Below, piece after piece: positions 1 through 26,400 of a DNA stretch of 64,000 bases (positions are counted from its first letter, which is position 1; every line of letters begins with the position of its first letter). The DNA is taken from the NCBI RefSeq assembly GCF_009914755.1, contig NC_060936.1; one strand, given 5' to 3'. Below the pieces are notes generated by a model that had not been told where the DNA came from, ran no database searches, and saw only the letters and a program-made list of their open reading frames with translations. This DNA is from the human T2T-CHM13v2.0 reference genome, Homo sapiens. The position numbers were made by a program, and so were the translations under genes.

Positions 1-1286
1 GGTCTTCGCTGTTACATTTACCCTTTTGTTTCTGATGTTCTGGGATCACAACATGTTAGGCCCACATTAAAGGCTTTTGTAGTGACTGAAGAAATTAATA
101 CAATCTTAAAATGTTTTTAAGTTTCCTTTCTTAATTTCCCTCTCCTCCTAGCTAATATTTTCACATGTTCTGAACCTGAAATTCTGTTAATGTGCCTCTA
201 CTATATGGTTAAGAGATTTCTTGTTTCACTTTTGTTAATATGAGGGGAGATTACAGATGACCTTAAATTGGAGTTCAAATATTATGCTCTTTTGCTCTTA
301 GTAAATCTTTTTGTTTCCATAATTGCATCTGATGCTAATGTTACTTTTTAAATAAATGTTCTGTCTCCAAAGGGAAATTTGAAGTGAGTTGTGCCCTTTC
401 TTTTGCAAGCTTCCTGATTAATATCTTTCTAATCTTAGATGATTACATATGTTTTTGAGAGGCAGAGAAAGATGATTGCCTACAAAGTCCCTGTTTCCTA
501 GAACCAGGTCTTGTAGAAATTCTTGATCAAATTACCAAAAGTAAACTTGCAGTAATTTAAACGTTTGCATGATTTTCTGTTGTTGGATTCATTAACATGT
601 ATATTATAATAAGTCATTTAATGTTACTTTCTAATAATATTTGTGAAGAAAAGAGCAGATTCGGGGGTTATAAAAAACACCAATAAAATATGATTAGCAT
701 TCAGTTGTATGCAACATAACCAAATCCCTAGAACAGATTTAATTTTATTGTTACTACAAAAATCTTTAATTTGCTCTACATAATTATTTTGGGTTTTATA
801 GAAATTAAGGAGTTTAGTTACATGTCTTAATTACTAGACAATTAAAATAATTGCTTTTGAACATTACCACAAATGTATATACAGTACTGAAGATCAAATT
901 TATTTGTCTTCCATGGAATCTTATAATGTACTACTATCTGTAGCACTGCTAAAGTCAATGGGCAATACACATATGACAGATAATAAAGAACTGTGTAGGA
1001 GTAAACATTTGTCACTTTTCTATTACAGATTATATAATCCTCAAAAATATAATGTTAATGTTTGAGGAGATTTTGCTGGATATTTTAAAGCTAAAATTTT
1101 AATTTAATTACTGATTATGGTCTATGTATCATTCAAAACAGTATTGCTTGCAGACCAAACTAAAGGTTTAAATCAGTTCTTAAAGCATCTAATCTCAGGA
1201 AGACAAAGCATAAAAGAGGGATCTGTTTAGCTGAGCATCTGCCACTTCTATCATTGTCTACACAAGGTGGCTTTTTGTTTCTGTTT

Positions 1287-7334
<6,048 letters not shown>

Positions 7335-7911
7335 GTTCTGTAGGTTTTAACATGTTTCTTAAATACATCTTTCTTTAAAAATAAAAATAAATATCTTTTA
7401 AAAATATTTTAAAATTTTTTTGCAGAATCATATTTTCAGGATTTAACATTTGAAATTATAAAGTTCAGGATTATATATTTCAGGATTTTGATTGGCTCAT
7501 ATCTGTAAGCTACAAAAACTAAAACTTACTATCCTATAAAAGAGTTAATACAGTATTCAAATTGATTAACCTAAGGAATGGATTATTAATTGATTCATCT
7601 ATGCTATCTGGAAATAATTCAATAGCCCTAGTATGCTTGAAGTTTTTCTCCTGATGTTAGGTTTCAGAATTGTCTGTTTTTGTGATTTTCTACCTATGAA
7701 AGATTCAGCCTGCTAGTTATGATCATGCCCTGAATGACTTCCACCAATCCTTTCAGATGTTGAATGGCTTCCTTTATCTTCACCTGCTCCCAGACTCTTC
7801 TTATTCTCTGCTTGGATATTTGCCCAAATGATTAATTCAGTGTATGATGTTCATTCATTCAGGTAGTCTCCTTAACAAAGAGCTATTAAATGTCAACTCT
7901 ATGTCACGTAT

Positions 7912-8302
7912 TGTATTAGTCCGTTCCCATACTACTATAAAGAACTGCCAGAGACCGGGTATTTTATAAAGGAAAGAGGCTTAATTGACTCACAGTTCAG
8001 CATGGCTGAGGAGACCTCAGGAAACTTACTAATATCATGACAGAAGGCAAAGAGGAAGCAAGGCACCTTCTTCACAAGGCAGCAGGAAGGAGAAGTGCTG
8101 AGTGATGGGGGAAGAGCCCTTTATAAAACCATCAGATCTCGTGAGAACTCACTCACTATCATGAGAATAGCATGGGGAAAAACACCCCCATGATTCAATT
8201 ACCTCCACCTGGTCTCTCCCTTGATATGTGGGCATTATGGGGATTATGGGGATTACAATTCAAGATGAGATATGGGTGGGAACACAAAGCCGAGCCATAT
8301 CA
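7912..8302 (-). mobile_element. THE1-type (MaLR) solo LTR
   Basis: Runs TGTATTAGTCCGTT...CCATATCA and contains the typical AATTGACTCACAGTTC and CCCCCATGATTCAATTACCTCC motifs; flanks CGTAT/GGTAT match 4/5 as a TSD. Confidence 0.9.
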
Positions 8303-9117
8303 GGTATATATGAATACAAAGGTCAAGAGAACAGACAGTTTTTTGCCAGATATCATGATGTTTATCTTCAAATGGTCAGATATAGAAAATAAAGAACTAG
8401 CACATTGTAACACAGTAAATAAATATTATTCTAAATAAGGATGTGTGGACTAAAATGAAAATAAAACAAAGTGACAATCAAATCAATGATTTCTGTAACG
8501 AGGTGATATTTAAATTAAGATGTGAATTATAGGAAGAAATCAGCCAAGCAGATATCTAGGAGAAGAGCCCTTTGGATAGAGGGATGAAGAGACCAGTAAG
8601 GGCAAGGTCTGCGTGGTGGGAACAAGCTTGGCATACATGGGAGTTAGAACTAAACAAGTGATGTTGGAACATATTGTGGTTGTGACATGCAGTCTGATAG
8701 ATAGAAGTGGGTTGATTATGACGACTTTATGTACTATGGAAAGAAGTTTAGATTTTATACTAAATTCAGTTAAGAGCGATTGGATGGATTTCAAGAAAAG
8801 AAGAGATATTATCTTATTTATACTTGTAAAGTTTTGGGGTTCTAACCCTCCTTATTATAATCTTTACCAAAACCATTTGCTACTAATTCTGATATTTGTG
8901 ACCAACATCTCAAAAACAGAGATAACTGCACCTTTAATTTCCATTTTAATTTCATGGAACTTCAGTACTGGATCCCCCCTTAATTCAAGTTCAGGAAGCC
9001 CTTTCTTCTAGAATCTTTATTTTATTAATAGTTTTACTTGTGGGTTAAACAGGCACTTAATTTCTCAACCATTTGCAGTCTTTGCTCATTTCCTTTTGAA
9101 TTCTGCTTTTGGGAAGT

Positions 9118-9283
9118 ATCTACCAACAATGACAATACAACTTTAACACCTCAAGCCCCATTTTGAACTTTTTAAGGAGTGGGTTGGGTCCTATACAAAC
9201 ATCTACCAACAATGACAATAAAACTTTAACATCTCAAACCCCATTTTGAACTTTTTAAGGAGTGGGTTGGGTCATATACAAAC
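9118..9283 (+). repeat. Tandem duplication, 2 x 83 bp
   Basis: Units 9118-9200 and 9201-9283 (ATCTACCAACAATGACAAT...TATACAAAC), 4 mismatches. Confidence 0.95.
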
Positions 9284-9565
9284 CAAAACAATTTTAATGT
9301 GGTCAAATGATACCAACTGTCCCTCATTTACTGTCACAACATATAATTATTTTACAAACTGGAGAACAGTCAATGGCTATTCTAGGCCCAGGGCATGGAG
9401 CCTGCCCAAGAAATATCTTAACCTTAGTAAAATATCAGTCGCTTATTAAAGATATCCCTCTCTCTCTCTCCTTCTCCCTTCTAAAATATAGCTTCCTTAT
9501 ATCATCAAGATCATGTCTTTCCCATGTAAATTATCTGCAGTAGAGAAACGTTAAACAGAAACAAA

Positions 9566-15699
<6,134 letters not shown>

Positions 15700-16329
15700 A
15701 AAACCTACAGAACACATTATAGGCCACTTTAAGCAATAAAACAGATAACAATCATACATTTTTTGGAAGCATAAACACTAAGATATACTAATAACATTTG
15801 CACAGGTATAACAGTTATAAGAAGGTGAACCATATTTTTAAAGAAATAAGTTAAAAAGCAAAGTGTATACATGCATGCCAATATGGTTGGTAATTGTGTG
15901 CACCCAAGTTTCTAACTTTGGTATTTGAAATACTACAGCAGACAACATAAGTCTTTTTGCAAGATCAATCAAAAACTGTTATGAGTCATCACCACGTATG
16001 CAGTCACCCAAAGAGCTGAGATCTTGAGAAATTTTATCTTTCACAAATACAGTTTTACTAAGTGGACATCATTCCATTTATTGAAAAAGTTTTATTATCT
16101 TTATGTGCACAACCAATGCTTACACACAAAGTCAAAGATTTTAATGCACTTTGTGGAGTCAAATTAGCAAAAATAAATACAACAAATTTGATCTGAACTC
16201 TCTAAAAGTCTTTAAACAATTATTCCTCCTGTATTGGAAATGATAAATGAAAAATACACAACATAGAGAATTGTAAAAATCAATGCTGACCATTTAAAAT
16301 AGTGGGAAAGAAACTAAAAAATAGGAAGA

Positions 16330-17720
16330 ATATAATACCTAGGAATATATTTAATCAAGGAGATGAAAGATCTCCACAAGGAAAACTAGAAAACACTAAT
16401 GAAAGAAATTATAGATGACATGAATGGAAAACCATCCCATGCTTATGGATAGGAAGAATCAGTATTGTTAAAATGACTACATTAACCAAAGCAATCTACA
16501 AATTCAATGAAAATCCTATCAAAATATTGATGTCATTTTTCACAAAATTAAAAAAATTCCCAAAATTCGTATGGAACCAGAAAGGAGCCCAAATAGCCAA
16601 AGCATTCCTAAGCAAAAAGAACAAAGCTGGAGGAATCACATTACCTGACTTCAAATTATACTACAAGGGTGTAGTAAGCAAAACAGCATGATACTGGTAT
16701 AAAATCAGACACACAGATCAGAAAAATGAATAGAGAACTTAGAAATAAAGCAACATACCTACAGCCAACTGATCTTTGACAAACTTGACAAAACACACAC
16801 TAGGAAAAGTTCACTCTATTGAATAAATGTTGCTAGGAAAGTTGGAAAGCCATATGTGGAAGAATGAAACTGAATGTCTTTCTGTCACCATATACAAAAA
16901 TTAACTCAAGATAGACTAAAAACTTAAATGTAAGACCTGGAACTATACCTATAAAAATACGAGAAGAATTTCTAGGAAAAATTTTTCTGGACATTGGCCT
17001 AGGCAAAGAATTCACGACCAAGACCTAAAAGTAAATGCAACAAAAACAAAAATAGACAAATGGGACTTAATTAAACTAAAAAGTTTCTTCACATTAAAAT
17101 AAAGAATCATCAGAGAAAATAGACAACCTGTTGAATAGGAGAAAATATTTTCAAACTATGCATCTGAAAAAAGGACTAATAACCAGAATCTATAAGGAAA
17201 TCAAACAACTCAACAAAACAAACAAACGAGATATAAATAGCCCCATTAAAGAGTGGGCAAAAGAAATGAACATATGTTGTGTGAAAGAGGAGATACAAAT
17301 GACCAACAAGCATATGAAAAAAAATGCTCAACATCACTAATCATCAGAGAAATGTGAATTAAAACTACATGAGATGCCATCTTATGCTAGTCAGAAAGAC
17401 TATTATTAAAAAGGATAAAAAATGACAGATGTTGGCAAGGATGTGGAGAAAAGGGAACACTTATACACTATTGGTGGAAATGTAAATAGTACAGTCTCTC
17501 TGGAAAACAGTATGGCGATTTCTTAAAGAACTGCAAATAGAACTACCTTTCGATCCTGCAACCCCACTACTGCCTATAATCCCAAAGGAAAAAAACCACT
17601 GTATCAAAAAGATACCTGCATCCGTGTGTTTATCACAACACTATTCACAATAACAAAGATATGGAATCAAGCAGAATATCCATGAGTGGATGACTGGATG
17701 AAGAAAGTGTGATATATCCT
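16330..17720 (+). mobile_element. Older L1 (L1PB/L1MA-like) ORF2 3' fragment
   Basis: Degenerate ORF2 C-terminal peptide ([21 protein letters not shown]); ends at a (CA)n tract. Confidence 0.88.
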
Positions 17721-17733
17721 ACCCTAAACACAT

Positions 17734-17735
<2 letters not shown>

Positions 17736-17785
<50 letters not shown>
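17736..17785 (+). repeat. (CA)n microsatellite
   Basis: About 25 CA units. Confidence 0.97.
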
Positions 17786-17788
<3 letters not shown>

Positions 17789-18152
17789 TATATAAATTGG
17801 CAACCTAAATTGTTAGGCAATCAACTACACTTTATGAAAAATATTATAACAAAGGGCATTTCTTTTTCTTTTCATAATCTGTTACCATGATAATGAGATA
17901 ATTTCTTATATATTTAAAGTTATATTGCCAGTATTTGAGTACCACACAGTGGTATTAGTTAGGAATATGAAACAGACACAGAAACGAGATAATTCTTTTG
18001 GAATTATCTCTGCAAAAGAGTTAAAATCACCTTTTAAGGATTTGGGTTATTTGATTAAAATATTAGTAATTTTTATTGAAAATATTTGCCTACGTCGTTG
18101 TTCCCTTCATGTTTTTCTCAAATAGAAGTAACTAGATATGGTTTTTTTTGTT

Positions 18153-18466
<314 letters not shown>

Positions 18467-18907
18467 AATATGTTTTTTAATTAGAAATAACTTTCAGTTG
18501 TTTTGTTTTTTCAGAAATAAAAATAAGATTAGTGGAGGATATTTGGCTGCTAGAATGAACTGGAGTTGTAGAATGCCTTCCCATCTATTGGAATGTTACA
18601 TGTTTTAAAATGATTCTTTCATCTGCCTTTTTCTTCTTCTTCTTTTTTTTTTTTTTTTTTTAACTGCAGTTACTATTTGGGAATAAAAAGAAAGTTTCAA
18701 AATAGGAGTCTACAATTTTATTACTATGTATGATTTCATTTTAGACATTTAAAAGCTATTTTTTAAGCCCTGAAAATCAGTATATTTTCCAGAAACCCTT
18801 TGTTAAATCATAATAAACTTGCAGTGTTTCTGCAGGGGCAAACTTCAGCTCAGCCCTGCTGCACAGATGAAGTACTTTATGCAAACCCCTCCACATATAC
18901 TTGCTAA

Positions 18908-19251
<344 letters not shown>

Positions 19252-19560
19252 ACAATCAAACATTTTAGTAGCTCTAATACTTGTAGTTAGACATTTGGCT
19301 CTTAAAATAGTTAGGTGAAAATATAAATTTTGTGGCCAGCAGAATGCATTATTTTAAAATTGTTACAATTTAACTACTTTCTCTTTCTCTTTCTCTCTCT
19401 CTCTCTCTCTGGTAAAAACGTTAACCTCTGCTAGTGATGACCAAACCTGGTAAAGATTGTAAAGTGGGAAAAATTGGATTGTAGGATCCTTATATCTTTT
19501 CTCTCTTTTAATTATAGTTCCACTCTGTTCTTCCTTTGTATTTCAGCATTTTTTCCTTAG

Positions 19561-19836
<276 letters not shown>

Positions 19837-22779
19837 TAAGTATTCTGACTCCAGTTTTCTCCCCTCCCTTCATTCTTTCTTGAGCAAATTTCCACACCTT
19901 TTTATTCTCTCTGATCTTTCTCTGCACTGTCTCCATTATTTTGCTCTTTCCATTTGCTAGAATGCTTCTCTTAAATAATTTTGTCAATAAATCTGCTTAT
20001 GATGTTTTAAAATGCCATCCTGAATAGCATATTAATTATACAATTATGACATACAATGAAATAAATACTATGCATTAATAAGCTGGAGTTTTAGCATGCT
20101 TAACCATTGAAAGATTGTGATTACCTTGTACCTCAAATTAATTAAAAATATAATTTTATTTTTTGAAATAATACAGAATTTATATGCATGCTTAAATTAA
20201 AATTGTTTCTTTTGAGAGGTTCTGATTGTTAAATTTTAGGTATGTTAATTTGCAGGGTTGAATTTTTAGATTATTTGGTTGTTCACTGGCTTGGCTGCTG
20301 TCCTAAATTAGCTTGGCTTGCTACTGACCCAATGCTAAGCAGTTTACACATATTTGAACCTTGCAACAATCCTGTGAAGTAAGATTATCAGCTTCAGATT
20401 ACAGATGCAGAAACTGCAGTTCAGAAAATTAACTTTCCAAATTTTCACACCTAATAAGTGGCAGTAGTGTAATAAGATTCAACCTGAGACTTCATGGCTC
20501 ATGATTTTAATCTTTTCATATGCTTAATGACCAATCAACAGGCTCTTGGTGTCTTAATTTAAAGGCTAATAGTTTATCCTGAGGTACTGACTTGCATTTG
20601 ACACTATTTACACTCATCTGTCTGGCTGTTTGTCCAGTACAATCTTCTAGTTCCACTGGCCTTGCTTGCTCTACCTGTACACTGAACACTCTCAAAACCA
20701 GACCCACTGCATTTGCTGGATTGTGTCTACACTTATGCTCTCCCTTCAGCCTGAAATGGAGCTTACAGTAACAATCTATTGTATACAATTACTTTCAAAA
20801 GAAAAAATGGTATACTGATGGGTCCAGAAAAAGTGGTTTCATCTGGCGATACGGGGGTCTAACTTTGCCTCATGTGATCTTGTAATCAGTTCCTTGTTTT
20901 TAAGCTCTGAACTTCATACTTCCTTCTGAACCTTCAGAGGAACCCAGCACCTCCAAAACTTGAGACATACCAGGTTCCTAAGGAGAAAATGGATTCTCCT
21001 TAGGAAAATCTATTTTCTCCTCCACAAGCTCCTCCTCCCCACTTTTAAGTCATATTCCACAGATTCATCTTCTTTCTATTCTTTCATTTGGTTTCTTTTC
21101 TTTTCCTGTTCTCTTTATCCTTGTAGGATTTTTACCACGACAACCGCCCTCTTTGATTCTCTTTCAGTGGAGTTTCTTTAAGGAGAAGAATGAATGTGGC
21201 TATTCAATTTGTCATATTTTACTGGAATTCTAAGATTTTTTTTTTTTTTTAAAGTAGAAGATACTCAGCCTGGAATTAAAATCGTGGACTTTGGAGTCAG
21301 ATTCCCCTCCTTGTTCAAGTTGTGGCACAGAGATAAAATGATCGTATTTGCACAGTATCCTGGAGTGAGTGACAGGATTAGAGTGGGTTTTCCCCTAGCC
21401 CTCCACCTTGAGGTGTCAGTAAATTGTATCACGGCATATCTGTAATTCAAAGCATCTGGGCTTTGAAATACTGGGCATCCATAAAGTTTGAATCCTGACT
21501 GTTTCACTTGCTAGCTGCGTGGCCTTGGGCAAGTCGATCTATCTCTATACTAGCTCCATTTGTAAACATGGGATTATGATTCCCACTTCTTGGTACTTTC
21601 ATGAGAATTACAGGAGCTAACATTTGTTTAAAGTGCCCAGTATAATGTGAACACATGCTAGGTGCCAATAATAAATCTGTCGTTCTGGAAGGATGAAGAG
21701 GTTAAATGGCTTTGTAACTTTCTCTGGATTTAAATGGTGACTGTGTCTTTGGCCATTCGACATTATTTGATTTGAGACCTTTGGAAGGACTAAAGTAGAC
21801 TGCAGATGTCAGGGAAAAGTCTAGTGCCTTGCCTCTCAGTGGAAAGGGAGGTGGTTATTTAAAGAAATATTCTCTGTTTTGCATTGCACTTACCTCTGTT
21901 CTGTTTAGCCTTTATCTCCACATTATTCTTTTCCTGCAGAATCATTTGTTTACGGATTCTCAAGTTATGATCCTTCCCAAGGTCAGGGGCATGCCACTAT
22001 TTCTCACCTCAGATTTGGAAATACGTATCTTTACATTTAAAACTGCAAATACTGTCACACCAAGACAGAATGTGTTTGGCATAATATTAAGGCAAAAGAT
22101 TGCATCTGAATCTCGCTAAAGCATGAATAATAGCGGAGCTTGACGAATGTTAAACCTAGACAGTACTATATACCACCTTTCTTTTTACATTTTCCCAGTT
22201 TCCTCTTTTGATTCATCTTTACTTACTTCCTATTTTTGTTTTTTGTTTATTTGTTTGTTTTGTTTTCTCATTAGAAAAGCCACAGAAACTCCAAGCAGGC
22301 AAATTAGAAGGGAGGCAATGCAACAAGTCCTATCTGTTCTCTGTCTAGATCACATGCGGAGTCTGGTCAGCAGGTGAATCCGCATCCCAGTGGGGTCACC
22401 TTCCCTGTGACCTGTCAATCACCCCAAGAAGCACTTCCCAATTTGTCTGGCACAACCTCCTTCCACTCCTCCTACCCTCTCAGTGGTCAGGAAATCCCGG
22501 AGCAGTCCTTGCCCTGGAGCTGCTTGTGTTTTTAGTAACCAGGGACTGAGCTGATTTTGAAAAATCAATCAATCAATAAATAACAATCAAAGAGCCTTGC
22601 CTCAACGCACCGAGTTGCTGGTTTCCTGCAGGTCAGAGGCGATGCCACCTCCACCAACGACCTTCCAAAGATTAAACCAGCCGTGTACAAACTGCTGGAT
22701 TGAAAATTGAGAGATGGGCCGTTGGCCTCCTCCTAGGAGTACTTGTGTGTTGAAATCGGAAGGACGTTCTGGAGTTTGA

Positions 22780-23460
22780 GCGCGATTTTTCCCGGAAGGC
22801 TGCGGGGTTGGAAGTGCATGTTGGGGTTTGGATCTCGTGCAGCAGCGCAACTAACCTGCTGCAACGGCGCTGTGACACCCCTGTCCCGGGGCCCCCACTT
22901 TAGCCTGTTGCTTCTCTGGTCGCTCCAGGTCGGTTTTTCCCGGCGACTCTAGTGTGGCTTCCAAACTTCTGGGCTCTGGGCTCACTTCGGAATTTGCCCC
23001 CGCCCCCTACTCCCTTCCCTCAGGCCCCAGGAAGTTGCAAGAGTACCATTTGTCGCACACTCGGGGACCGCGGGTGGCCGGAGGAGATGAAACCGTCTTG
23101 GCTGCAGTGTCGTAAAGTCACCAGCGCCGGGGGGCTCGGAGGGCCCTTGCCTGGGTCCTCTCCGGCCCGGGGAGCCGGTGCGGCCCTCAGGGCTTTAGTG
23201 GTCCCGGGCCCGCGGGGCGGTCTCGGGGGCCGGGGATGCAGGGCACTGTCCTCCGGCAGTGGCAGCGAGTACAAGACCCACTTCGCAGCCTCGGTGACCG
23301 ACCCCGAGAGGTTCTGGGGCAAAGCTGCCGAGCAGATCAGCTGGTACAAGCCCTGGACCAAAACGCTGGAGAACAAACACTCGCCCTCTACCAGGTGGTG
23401 AGTGACTTCTGTGCCAACCCTGATCCCCCATCCCTGGTAACTTTTTGGGCGCCAGGACCT
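22780..23460 (+). promoter_or_regulatory. ACSS3: CpG-rich promoter/first-exon island of ACSS3
   Basis: Sharp rise in GC and CpG within an AT-rich background; GC box GCCCCCGCCCCC at 22996-23007; TTCCCGGAA at 22789-22797; overlaps the first coding exon. Confidence 0.85.
23087..23397 (+). CDS. ACSS3: ACSS3 coding exon 1: mitochondrial presequence and start of the acyl-CoA synthetase N-terminal domain
   Basis: ATG in GAGGAGATGA; MKPSWLQCRKV...SVTDPERFWGKAAEQISWYKPW matches the acetyl-CoA synthetase N-terminal motif; Arg-rich, acid-free N-terminus; donor TG|GTGAGT at 23398 (311 nt, phase 2) joins exon 2 in frame. Confidence 0.95.
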
Positions 23461-26400
23461 CCCTGGGACCTGGAATCTGGCATTCTATCACGAAAGAAAA
23501 TTGAAACTGGAGATGTGTTCAGACCCCTCAATTCGTGTTTCATTTCAATTTCATAGTCAGTTCTCTTGCCTTCTGCTCTTGAGAGACCCTGTTACCTATT
23601 GTGAACCCAGTGTCCCATAAACGGGAGATTTACCTGACTGGGAAGGTTCTGCTTTGGCAGTGGGAATAGTAAGAAAACTAAAACAAGATCCTGCCTCCAG
23701 GGACCGCACAGTCTAGTAAGGGAGATACTAGGTAAACAAAGCAAGCGGTACAAGAAACTAGGGAATTATAACTAAGTATCCTCCTACTATGGGGAGGGAG
23801 GGTTAAGAAAAGACTTCAATAAAATCGCACCCCATAAGGGTTTGGAAGGATGGGTATGTCTTCTCGAAGTCGACAAGGCCCTAATTATCAAAGTTCTAGA
23901 GGTGAACAACAGCTTGAACTGTGACTGAGACAGTGACTGCCAATGATTGTGTTGGCTGGAGAGGTGGGAGGGGAAGTGGTGAGTCAGGGGCTGGGTCCGG
24001 AAGGGATTTATGTACTGTGCTAAGTAGCTTGGATCAGATCCATAGGCCTGTTGTGTATATGAAGCTGCAGTATGGGGTACCCAGAAAGAATACAGATAGA
24101 TATAGGCCAGGTGATGTTAGAAGTCATGGTAGGAGTAAAGTCTTCCACCTGGAGTTGGAATTATAAGAAGTTATAAGCATGATTTTTTTTGCGTTACAAC
24201 AAACGCAGACACATTGTAGAATAAATATCAAGCTTGCTAAGATACTGAGGGTGAAGCACAGTCAGTGATACTCTTAGAGTGTGGCTCCTTATGTGTCTGC
24301 CCTCTGGGGGTGTGATTGCTCTCATCTGCCAGCCATTAGAGAGGATGTTTCCTGTAAAAGTTTGAAAAACACTGCTCAGCAATGAGATGAGGGGAATGAT
24401 ATGGTCAGGTTTGCAGTGGACGAATGGCTCTGTGGTCAGAGCAAGAAATCTGGAATGGAATTGGCTAGAGCCTGTTCTGTGTCTCCACCATGCCCAGTCC
24501 TCTCAAAAGTGTGTGGGGATGACATGGTGTTCCCTTTAGAATCTGAGCACCTTGCCCCTTCCTATCAATTATTTTTTCAATAGTATTTGATCGGTCCTCT
24601 TTTCTGTGCCAGACAGTGAACAAGACACTGGGTGTTCAACAATGAGTAAAACCTAGTCCCTGCTTTCTAGAAGTCATAAAGATTAAAAGCATGGACTCTG
24701 GGGCCAGACTACCTGGTCTGAGTTTGGCTTCTCACAGTTACTGACTGTGTGTTCACAGTCAAGTGACTTAATCTCTCTGTGTTTCACTTTCCTGAAATGC
24801 AAATATGGAAATAATTGGAGGCTTAACTTAGTAAAGGATGAAGACTATGTCTTTATACACTAGACCCTATACATGTTAGAGGAAGAATAGCTCTCTTTGT
24901 ATTCTCGGACCATAATTATCTTAGGAGCAGGAAACTCTCCTAGTATTCCTCAGATGAAAGCACAGAGATTATTGCATCACTGTTTCTCAAAGTTCTGTGT
25001 ACAAATATCTGTCATAAAATATGGTACTATAAATGATTTTATGTGGCCATCTCCATTATAAAACTAATGTGCAGAGAATTCAGTTAAGAAGCCACAGGTA
25101 TATTCTAAATGAAAAACAGTGAGGGCCAGACCTAAGGCAGTGGCAATAAGAATGGAGGAGAAAGGACAGATTGGAGTGATTCGAGAGGACAATCAGGGAT
25201 CAGCAAAGGCCCAGGAGAGAGCTTTGGAAGTGAGTGTCAATGTCCCAGCAAGTAGAGCTTAAGACCAGGAGATTTCCTTTTCAATAATTTGCTTTTTCTT
25301 TGTAATATCTAGTTGCTTGTCTACATTTTTTTAAATGGTGTGTATAAGATGTGTTTAATGAGAAATTTTGTGAAAGGGTCACTATATTTTTATAGATCAC
25401 AATTTGATAACACCGTATCTGAATTCTTTATCTTTTCAGTCTTGAACTCGTGCCCAGAAAATCAAAGTGAAGAAGTGATAAAACTTTGACTCTATTTATT
25501 TTAGCAGTGCGATTCAATCTTACAAGAATTCTGGTTGGGCAAGCAGGGTTGGGAGGGAAGTAGACGTAGGAGACCAATCTTAAATTTCAGTTAGTCAGTA
25601 GTTTCAATTTGAATCTATGACTGCATTGGATACCTAAATGAAGATAGTCCTGATTGGTTAGCAAATTTCCACAAAGCCAAACAGAAGGGCAGACTGAATT
25701 TACTTTTATTTTGTTTGGCTTTATATCCGCAAGATCTAAGGCAGAGCTGGCATATAAATTTTTAAAGTGAGAGTCAACTAACTGGATACATAGCTTTGAT
25801 GATTTTTGTTGCTATAAAACAAGACACCTCTTTGGGAGGTGATAAGTGGATTTAGGCACAATTTGGTGTGAAGGAGCTTTACTTACTTTCTTTGAAGCTG
25901 GGATCTGGAGAAGGGAGATATTGACAGCCAAGTGCTTAAGCAAAACAAGGCGAGATTGCTATAGCTAATTGTTCTCTCCTCTGTGGAGCTGGCATATGTG
26001 TAGTCACAGTCTCTGATGCCCTTTGGCTTCCCAGAGGCAAGAGGGATTCTTCATTATAAGCTTGTCTGTTTGTTGTTCACAAAAGTAAACTCCCCTCAGA
26101 ACCCACAGGCTTATCAAAAGTCTCAGCATATAAATAGTATTGCATATTAGCTTTCACAATGACATAAGCTGTGCAATATTCTATGCATGCAGTAATATAG
26201 ACATGGAGAATAAATCTTTAAGGGCGATATATGGAAGGGAACTTCCATTGTAGTGAATGACTCTATTAAATGCATTTCCAGTCCTGTAATTTCTAAGACC
26301 TTCAAAAAACAAATCCAAATTACGGGTAGGTGCTTTAGGGGTTTATACGTAATTGCTTCTCCTCACAGTTTGGTGGTTACTCCATATTGTTAACACCTGG

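Noticed and set aside
15714-16330. Sequence after the copy 2 tail as a 3' transduction
   Set aside because: The TSD sits directly after the tail (15700-15713), so this is flanking DNA; it may be an old transposon relic that I could not name.
23020-23556. Overlapping antisense and alternative-frame ORFs over ACSS3 exon 1
   Set aside because: Expected in GC-rich, stop-poor DNA; no recognisable protein features.
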